From assembly GCA_964234715.1 (NCBI GenBank), contig OZ174280.1: a stretch of 64,000 nucleotides of DNA. The stretch is one strand, 5' to 3'. Every line of letters starts with the position of its first letter. Within the stretch, counting starts at the first letter, position 1. Shown here in pieces: positions 29,401 through 40,300 of the stretch. The notes beneath the pieces were generated by a model, which searched no databases, was not told the origin of the DNA, and saw only the letters and a program-made list of their open reading frames with translations. Position numbers and translations under genes: made by a program. The stretch is from Podarcis melisellensis (taxonomy: Eukaryota).

Positions 29401-32400
29401 TTATACACGGATAGTGCCAAGGGTGGACTGGTGATTGGTTGTTGCTGCAAAAATAGGGGGCTTCTTATACTTTGCCCTCAAACTGCCCTCTTCTCACATT
29501 ATGTAATGCTTCTTATCTAGGATTTACCTGATACAATTCATATTGGAGGGAGGATCTCACCGAAGACAGTATGGGATTATATTGGCAAACTGAAATCATC
29601 TGTGTCAAAGGTACTTTTAAAAAATCCTGTTTGGGTAATGGTGAAAGAAATGAACTTTATTTGAAATACAGTAATAATTGTGGATGGGATCCAGTGAACT
29701 ATACAACTAAGTTCTTCTACCCAAGGGAGGAAGACACTGCTGGCTTGAATTTATGGTACAGCAGCAACTCCTAATGTTTTTCACACGACTTTTGAAATGT
29801 GAAGGAGACTTCTTTTTTAAACATGGCATGCAGGCCTATTCATCAAAATAGAAAGATAAAATTGTTCCTACCCACCTGCACCTCAGCAGCAGTTTGGATT
29901 CTTGTCAGTAATTTGCATCTGAAATTCTTTAAGACAAGCAAAATACTATAATGGCTTTTCGTGCTGGCTATTACTTCCCTTCCGTATACTCTCACCACTT
30001 CTTCCCTGCCCCAACCAGTTCTGTGTTAGTAACATTTCAATTTCCAGCACAGCATAAATTATCACTGACTTCCTGTGAACCATCATAGTAAGAATCCTTA
30101 CTAGATCTAACCCTAAAAGTGTTTTAATAACAAAAAAATTCAGCAACCTTAAATAATGTAAAGTAAAATTATATTGATAATTAATTTTACATAATCTTTG
30201 CTTATTTGATGGCAGTGAAATAAGGCATTTTTTAAAGCTGCACCATCTTTTGGATCACCAACATAACTCCATATTTACTACTGCAGACCCTGCAATCAGT
30301 GTCTGAGGCCCTTCTTCATGTGCTCCTCCAAGAGAGGTCCAGATAAGTGGCCACACGAGAGCGGACCCTTTCTGCAGTGGCTCCCTGTTTGTGGAATGCT
30401 ATCCCCAGGAAGGCTAACCTGGTGCCTTCATTACCTATCTTTAAGTGCCAGGCAAAAACATTCCTCTTTTCCCAGGCCTTTGGCTAATTAGACAATTTAT
30501 GGCTTTTAAAACTGTATGTGGAGGGTGTGTGTTATTGTTTCCGTTTGTTATTATGGTATGCATTTTTGTAAACTACCTTGTGATCCTTAGATGAAGGATG
30601 GTATAGAAATTGAATAAGAATAATTCTGAAATTATTACTTCGAAAGTGAAGTGCATTGATGCCATGTTGCCCTCGCTTGCTATTTATTTAGCAATAGGTT
30701 GGTATTTTTCCTTTATATTTTTGTATTATAGGAACTATGTTTGATCCGCTTCCATCCTGCAACAGAAGAGGAGGTGCCTTCCTACATTTCTCTGTACTCC
30801 TATTTTAGCAGTCGTGGCCGATTTGGTGTTGTTGCTAATAACAACAGACATGTCAAGGACCTCTATTTGATTCCTCTCAGTGCAAAGGATCCTATTCCAT
30901 CCAAACTTTTACCCTTTGAGGGACCAGGTAAGCAATGAATTGTAGGAAACCCAAATACTGCTGCCCTTCTATGTTACAACTATAAATACCATACCAGACA
31001 TCATTCATAAAACACACTTCAGTTGGATAAATGTAGAAAGGAAAAGCACTATATACCAGTCGATTGCGGTATGTCCCTGGTCGATTGCGGGATCATGCCC
31101 CCTCCCCCCAAAGCTCAACAACTTTGATGCTTTCCCAACAAAAGCTCAACAACTCTGGTCAATCCAATGGGTAGCTCACTGCCATTTTTTAATAGATCAC
31201 AGTCTACTGGAAGTTCGACGTGCCTGCTATATAAAAATCATAGTTTGGGAAATTGGGGGACATAACCACAAGAACTTTGATCTTTTAAAAAGGCACAGGG
31301 AGGTTAGTTAAGTTTTAAAATATTGGTATGCAACATGAAATGCTCCAAATGAGCAGAAGTGATCAGCATCTTTGAACAGAAGCAAACACAGAAAGCCCAC
31401 GGAACATCATTGACGTTGAAAGGTAAGATTGTCATTTCCAGACTATATTATAGGTGTGCTTGAACTCCTACAATCAAAAACTCACAAGATCTCAAGATTT
31501 CAGCACTGAGCTCACCCAGTGGTGTGAGGAATGTCCCAAGGAACTCAAGCTGTCATAGCTGAAAGAGACACACACATAAATAAGGTGTAGTTACACACTA
31601 GTCCATCAGCTGTCTTGACACTGATAGATTCATTGCCCCAGGGAAGAGAACCACAGTCTCTGTCTTATTTCTAGAGGGAATGCTGTTTTTTTTTATCTAA
31701 AACAGTTTTTAATCAAACAGATACGGCATACTAATTAGTCAGAACTGATTAGAAATAAGGTTTATTTCAATACTATATTCCTGAGCTTCTGCACTCTTAA
31801 AGAGATCACCCTGCTATTTATGTATGTTGTCCTTCTGAATAAATAACCAACACAATACTGCACATATGCTTGTAAGGAAATTCTCTTCGGCTCCAGGATA
31901 AATCAGAAGAAATTTCCATTTTGACTGGAAAAAAAGACTTTCATCCAGTCTCTTTAGTTTGTGGCAAACAAGCTGGGTAGGGGAGAGAAAATTGAGGTTT
32001 TCTCTTTTTGTATCTAAAGTAGTATTTGTTGTAACTTTGAATCTTGAACTTCAACCCCTTTCCATTTGTGTATATTGCTGAGGATTCTCAGGAAAAGTCT
32101 AGGGCACATACTCAGTTTACAGGCCTGTTAGGCATAGCTGTCAGCCTGTTGGAACTGAGATTACAACTTAGAAGTTGTAAAAATCTGACACTTCCCCACA
32201 ACTGTGCATTTCATGGTTTGGTTATGGCAAACTAATTTCCTTGAAACCGTACCAGTCATTTAAGGAACTCCTCATAAGCTTTTGATAAACCCAAGCATCC
32301 CTAGAGCGCCATCTGAAAACCATACTAACATAGGGCACACTCTAAAATCCTATAAAAAAAGAACCTTATTTCAAACTACTTGAATCTGGAAAAAGAACCA

Positions 32401-34336
32401 CTATTTCAAAATATGGACTGCCTGAAGCATCCACATTGCTCTTGATTCTGAAGGCCTAGTTAAATGTTCTGGGGAAGAGAAGTCTTCTAATAGGGTTGTG
32501 ACAACTCAGAAGGCATGTGAAATTTGTTTGAAAGCACCCCCATCATAATCCTCCTTGATGACAGCATACACATACTTCTACCAGCAGAGGTTTTTTTTTA
32601 AAAAAAGCCATAATTTCCTATGTGTGTTTTGAGGTGAGTCATATACATGAAGCCTATTAGAACCTTTTCAGATAAGTTGTCTCAGTTCTCGGTGTATGCG
32701 GACATGTACGGGGAGAGGTATAAAATCTGCTATCCATATATTTTAATGAAATTTACTGCTCTTATTACATTATCTTAATAAAATGTATTTTGTGCAAAGT
32801 GGTCATTGTCTCTTTCAATTCAGATGTTTTAGTGGCTGCAACCATGTATTGGACTCGGTCTAGTTAGTAAAATAAGTCTTATTTTATAGTGACACCTACT
32901 AGGCTGCTAAAAATGTTATTCACACACATAGTTGAGACATATTCTGTATCACAGGATCAATTCTGGCTTTCAGGCTGTTGCTTTACCAGGCTGGGACAAA
33001 ATATTTTAACAGAACAAATATCCTAAAGCATTTCGGTATTAGTAGGTATCATTTATTCAGTAGAGACTACAATATGCTTGACAGTATAATCCTCTACATA
33101 TCTACTTAGAAGTTAATCCTCTTCAATTTCATAGGACTTACCTAGGACTAAGTTTGGTTTACAGAGGTTGTAGGTAAAATGGTTGTGACATACCTAGTGG
33201 TGATCATAAATAGTAGAGCTGGAGTACATCATGTGAATTCCTCTTCTGTGCCTGGACCATTAGATGACTGTGCTGCATGGCAGACTTCTATTCTACAAGA
33301 AGTCACTTCAGCTGATGTCAAAACCAAGAAAGAAAAAGAAAACATAATTTGTACTGGAACTGAAACATGTTAATGTCACTAAACTTTAGGAGTTAAAAGT
33401 TGTAATTAGTTAACCATTCTGTGTTTGGTGAAATAAGCTTCATTGCTACCTGCTTTTTCTTCTCAATTAGTAATGGGGAATGGAAATATGGGAAATGGAT
33501 CAGAATGGCTGTCCCAGCCCCACTCCCCGCGAGGAAATCTGCAGTGATATTGTTCCAATCTACATGAATTATCACAGCTCCTCCATCATCAGTCCCATGT
33601 GTGTGATTCACATACCTGACACTGCTAAGCAGTAGAATGTCCAAGGAGCACTTGGTCTCTCATCTGACTGTTTCTTTTCCTACACTGACTAATGCAGGGC
33701 AGGGGAGGTGGGATAACCTAGGTGGATCCTTCAAGTATATGGCCCATGCCAGTGCCACAATTGCAACAAGCATGCCTTCTTGGAATCAGGTTCTATTCAC
33801 TAAAAACCTTTTCAGCACTTGCAGACATTTATGCTGAAACTTGATGAAGATTTTCTATTTTGTTCCACAGACCATTTTGACTTACATATTTTCAAACACT
33901 GCCAGGGTCTCTTTCCCCCCAAGGAAGTTAGCATGTTCTCAAATCTACAAATGAAATCATTGAGTGGTGGAATCAGGAGTGGATATCTGCAGAACTCATC
34001 TCCATACACTATTGAAGCTTGGTGTTTCTTTCAGCAAAAGCTTACTATTTTAGTCAATAGGTATTCCCTAGCCCAAAGCTAGAAGAATATTAAAAGAAGA
34101 ATATTGAGTATCTTGGTAATTGGAAGGAAGATCTTCGCAGTGAAAAAGCACCACTTGTACCTTTGATGCATTATTTATAATACAATACTACGTGCAGTCC
34201 GGATCATCAACATGAGACTCTCAGGTGCACATGTGCCTACAAGAGCCTTTCCTGCTTCTGGAATTAAGACTTGAAGAAAGCATTCAATTCTAGTCAACAG
34301 AATAGGTTCCTGTGCATGTTTGGCTCCTCATTCTCT

Positions 34337-34377
<41 letters not shown>

Positions 34378-37300
34378 CCCCCACAACTTTTCCAATATGC
34401 ACATTGCTCACTGGCCCAAAATGATTGGTGACTCTAACGAGGAGCAATATTTACAGGGCACCACACCCTTCCACAGCCTTTTTTTTTAATACTGAAATTC
34501 ATTTTCTGCTTTCCTCAAAAGCAACTATAATAATCATATTGCTTACTAGATAGCTGGCGCTTGTTGGTCAGGCTGAGCACAACTAACATAGAGGGATTGT
34601 GTAAACCAGTCTTAGTACTGCTGCCAATTCCAATTATGAATAAGGGACATTACGGAGGATGCTTGGGTTGTGAACGTGATTCGTGCGGGAGGCACGCTCG
34701 CAACCTGCAGCGCACACGCGGGTCGCGATTCAGCGCTTCTGCACATTCGCAAAGTGAGATTTAGTGCTTCGCATGCGCAAGCGCCGAAACCCGGAAGTAA
34801 CCCATTCTGGTACTTCTGGGTTCGGCACGGTGCACAACCTGAAAACACACAGCCTGAAGTGTCTGTAACCCGAGGTATGACTGCATTGAGGTTCAGGTAA
34901 AGAAGGCTATAAAAAAGATCACTGAAGTAGCCCTACAGCTGCTTAATGAGCAGCACTGGTTTGCACCTACAGTGGTGACAAATCTTTTATGAAAACTTAC
35001 TTTATAAAAATTCTTGGTTTTATGTCAAGAAATAAGCGTTCAGGGCTTTTTAAAAGTTTATGGGAGTGATGACATGAATGTCTTAATTTCTTAGAAAAAG
35101 TAAGCCTCCATATACGTACTTACCTGAATTCATAATATGGGCAGCAGCAACTAGACAGGAATTGAGAAAGTTTCCCTTAGGGGTCATATTTTTAATATAG
35201 TTTACATTCTTTCCTCTGCTTCATATTCAGATCAATCTAGGAATATAGTGTACAGTAAAAAATACTAGTGGTTTTTTAAAAAAAGGTCTAGCTTTAAAAA
35301 ATAATAATATTTTTAACCTTCCTCCGGAAACAAATGTTGGTATACACTTTTGTAACTAGGCTCTTTTTTAACTAGGCTCTTATAAGAACCTAAGATGAAC
35401 CTGCTGAATCAGGCCATTGGCCCATCTAGACCAGCATCATGTTCTCAATGGGGCCAACCTGTGAGATGCCTGCAAACTAGACCATGAGCACAACAGCACT
35501 GTGCCCACCTTAGATCCCCAGGAACTGGTATTTAGAGCCATAATGCCTCTGACTGGAGGTTGAATAGAGCCATTGAGGCATGTAGGAGCCATTGATAAAC
35601 TTTAATAAATAAATAGGCTTACATGGTTGCTCATTATGCCTCCACAAAGAGTATAGTCTCTTTGTCACATTATCCCCAATAGTCATTGCTTGTAACCTGG
35701 CTTGCTTCATGTTTCCATTATCCACAGGCTAAACAGCCACGCAGAAGCTGCTTTCTTAAGTAGTGGTTTTAAATTTTATAGGGTTTGTATTTATAAGCTG
35801 GTTTATAAAACATTTCTGCCCACCCTTTCTAAATTAACTAGGTTAGTTACTTATATCCAGTTATTTAATACTTCTTAGCTGTGCACAAGAGATTGTAGTT
35901 AACTAATGCAAAATCATTTTTATTTCCATGTAACTTCTCACCTACATCCCCATTGGTTTTAAAACTGGGTTGGCCACCTTGAGGGCAATATAAGTATATA
36001 TAGTTTGAACCCAGTAAGCCTAGCTCAACACTACACAACACTTTTGAATGCCAGCATTACAGTAGAACTGCTCAGTGTGTCAAAAAAATGATGGAAGGAG
36101 AAAATACGGCTTGACAGAGGTGTAGGTGGATTGTTCTGAGAACACCAAAGTTTATGTGGAGTACCACAGATCTTTGTAAGATTAATAGGTAAAAGCTGAT
36201 CAAATTGTCCATGAAAGATTAGGCACCATTCTCTGCATGGTCACTCAGAAGTGTGCCCAGTGAGTTCAATGGGAATTACTCCCAGGTAATGGTGTAAAGG
36301 ACTGGAAGATAAATTAATCAGAACAGTTAAGGGGATGCAAATGACAGCTTCCTTCGGAATTACAAACTAATTTTTTTTAAAGGTCAGAATAAACATTTTT
36401 CACAACCATGTTTTCTTTAATGTGGAGTTATTAGTAATGGTCATTCTACATTTATTCTTTGCTGCTCTAAAACATTTTGTCTTCTAAAAGTACTTTTCTA
36501 TTTCATGCAATACATTTGTTAAGTCGTTGGTTTTTATCCTTATTCAGCAGACTTTCTGAGCACATGCTACATTTTAAACAGCCAAACAATTTATACTTTT
36601 CAACTGAAATGCCAACTTCCTTCATTTTAAGAGAAACAAAGTGAAGTTTTTTCCTATTAAATATATTTAAGGCAACTTAAGTTAATAAACATCATCAGTG
36701 TTAAGATCAAAATCTTAAAAAGTAATAGTAATGGAAATGATTTACTTAAAGATCACACACAAAAGAGAATTGAACACAACCAACTAAAACGAGAAAATCA
36801 AAATAATGCATTGACTGTCAAAATGTAGAGTAGTAGCCACTCCAGTAATTATTACTTTAGTGATTGTGGGAGGCATCTGATGGGCTAAATCACTGGGATT
36901 GCTAGATGAAAGTATTGGATATAATGCAGAACTAAGATATAAAAAGACTACAAATTTGGAAATAATGCATGTTGAATATTGTACTTGCCCTTATCTTCCT
37001 CCAAATGATAATACATTTAATGCAAATCGGAAATAAAATTATTCTCAGAAGATGAGATCCTTCATCCTCATTACTTAGCACTCTTCTAATAAATTGAAAT
37101 AGGCTACTTAATATTTGATCTGTTTTACTGTAACCTATTAGGATGTGAACTATCATGGCATTTAACTATTCTTAAGTCTATAATATTCATATACTCTTAA
37201 CTATATTCCTGAACATTTGCACAAGTGGGCAGAATGGACAGTAAAATTGGAGTTGAGGAAAGAAAAAGCAATGCATTATCAGACTCATCTACATGACTGT

Positions 37301-40300
37301 CCAGTTCTTAGGGCTGGAGTCTCTGTTGTATGCATAGTAATGAAAAACTTAAGCTTAATGAAACAACAACAGTGGTTTCCAGGGGCTTTATTGTTACTCA
37401 TTTTCCATATATAATAGTATGAATAGTAAAAGCCTAGGTGTATGTATAATTCTATTTGTTGACCTAGTGATACTAACCTTGTAAGGTTATATCTCCATTG
37501 AAACATTTAACTAAAGTGGAAATTGCTGGATCTCTCTCTCTCTCAGCAGTCTATCTATTCCATAATTACCTCTGTTCCATTTCTCCTTTGAGTAATTCTG
37601 TATTTCCCCCAGTCATTATGCAGTGCTTTGTTAACCATCATTATGGCTTACAGAAAGATCAGATGTTTGTATGTCTGCTGAAAGCAGGACTGGCAAAACT
37701 GGTGCTAGTGGTGGTCGTAATAATAATAATAATAAAACAACAACACCCTACTCATTTGGCTGTTGATTTGTTAATTATTTGGAAATCATAAAAATGCACA
37801 GTTTTCTATTACCCTCTGATAATATATATAGTTACTTGTGGAATCCTAAATTTGAGGATTCCACAAGTAACTAATAATAATAAGAGCCACTCTTTATTAA
37901 GGATCTAATCAGTCTCTGAAAGGTTAATTGGTTAAAAAATACAGCAGCCAATTTACTGGGTTTCCATTTAGAACTCATGTTACCCTAATCCAGGGTGCTC
38001 ATGCTAGTGTTTAAAGCCCTAAACCACAGGTCCCAGTGTCTAAAACACCTTATTTCCTACAGATCCTCTTGGGTGTTAAGATCAGCAGAGAGGGCCTTCT
38101 TGATAGTTCTGCCACCCTGGGTGGTGATGGCCTGGGAGAGGGCACTATGCGGCAGCTGCTAAGTTATATAATTCCTTCTCCACAGAGATGCATTCAGCAC
38201 CTTTTAAAAACGTAGTTTCTGGTGCATGATGAAGACACACCTCTTTACCCTGGCCTTTGACACCTGAGATATATATTTTTGGTTCCCACCCTATTATTTT
38301 GATTGTATTTGTTTTAAATTGATATTAATATTGTGCATTACATTGCTGTAACGTGACATGTGACCTTGTGGGATGGATGATAAACAAATTAATAATGCAC
38401 GTTCACCTGGGAGTAAGTACCATTGGACTTAATGGGACTTGGTTGTGGGTAGGCATAGGACTGTACTGCAAGGGTTGTGCTTTGTAGATAAGTGACATGA
38501 TCCATGGAGGAATCTCATAGGCATCATGAACATACGCAGAGAAGTTCGACTGGCTCCCTCCTTGCTGTTCTTCAGCCAGCAGGTGAAGCCATTCTTATTC
38601 CAACAGGCCTTTTAGTACTGATTTTTAAGGAAAGGGCTGGTGCTGTGAATTAAATAGTTTTCCCCTCCCCTAAGTTTTTAGCTGTTTCTATTTTATCTGT
38701 AAGCAGCCTTTAGTATCTGTCTGGGAGAAAGTTAAGGATGATGATGAACATCTTCATCATCATCATCATCAAGTGACAATCAGCAGTTTTACTACATAAA
38801 AACATATATTGGTTTCTTAGTAATATTGAGAAGAAAATAGTTTTTGACTTAGTTACAGTCTGATAGTTACTTTAATGTGCTGTTTTCTGCTAATTATTAT
38901 TACATTCATTAATAAAGTAGAGTATGCATAATGTTCTGTAACATTTTTCACATTGTTTGTTACAAATCTTAGCAATGACTGATTAATTTTTAATTTTTTT
39001 TAAAAAAAAATCTTACATGAAATCTTGTTTTGTCTTACAGGTCTTGAATCAGCACGTCCAAACTTAATTCTTGGATTAGTAATTTGTCAGAAAACTAAGC
39101 GACCTGCAGCTGTACTGGAAACTGAAAAGATGGAAGAAAAGAAAAGCAGGATTCAGTTGCAGGAAGAAACTGAAGTATCTGCGTACCCTAAAGGCAATAT
39201 GGCTTCTCAGCAAGAGAAAAAACCTGCAAAATTCTCTCTCTATACTGGAGAAACAATTGTCAGTACAACACCACCTGGATCTCCTCCACCTCCACCCCCA
39301 GAGCCAACTTCTGCGTTAAAAATATTGTCATCAATTAAATCTGGAAGCTCAGCCACTGTTGCACAATCAAGTGCTTCTGTGTTGGGAATTAACACAGCTA
39401 CTGCATCTTCTACTGCTTCCTCATCTTCAAAATCAGCCACACCACTTGATCACATCCTGCAAACTCTCTTCGGGAAAAAGAAATCTTTTGATCCTGTTTC
39501 CAAGGATTCTGAAGGTGCTCAGACTGAAATGCAGACTGTTGGTGAGGAAGGATTACCAGCAGCTCCCATACTTGATCCCATTGTGCAGCAATTTGGACAA
39601 ATGTCGAAAGACAAAGCTATAGAAGAGGAGGAAGATGACAGGCCTTATGATCCTGAGGAAGAGTATGCTCCACAGAAAGCTTTTGAAATGCAAAGTTGTG
39701 AAAGTGGTCTTGAAAAAAGATGTGAAACTTCAGAGCGAGAAGATGAAGCCTATGATCCAGAAGATGAAACTATCTTAGAAGAGGCAAAGGTTACTGTTGA
39801 TGATTTGCCTAATAAAATGTTTTCGGAATCTAAAAGCCACTCCTTGACAGCATCATCTTCATTTGTGCCCGATGTATCTGCTCCACCATCTTTGGTAGAG
39901 CAACAGAAAATGTTAGAAGAATTAAACAAACAAATAGAAGAACAGAAAAGACAGCTGGAAGAACAAGAAGAAGCCCTCAGGCAACAACGAGCAGCTGTTG
40001 GTGTATCAATGGCTCATTTTTCAGTTTCTGATGCTTTGATGTCACCACCTCCTAAATCATCTCTAGCAAAACATGAGCTATTCCAACATGAAAAACAAAC
40101 TACTGAAAAATCTGAATTGCCTACATCCACAAGTCAAACTCAATTGTTAAATCAGGGAAGTGATCCTAGACAAAGTAGAGATCCCAGACAAGCTAGAAGG
40201 ATTCTAACAGAGTGTAATGAAAGTGCTGACTCTAATGTAAAGCAGCATGTTATAGAATCGCCTACAGTACAAATTCCTCCACCCAGCTATGCAGGTCCAT

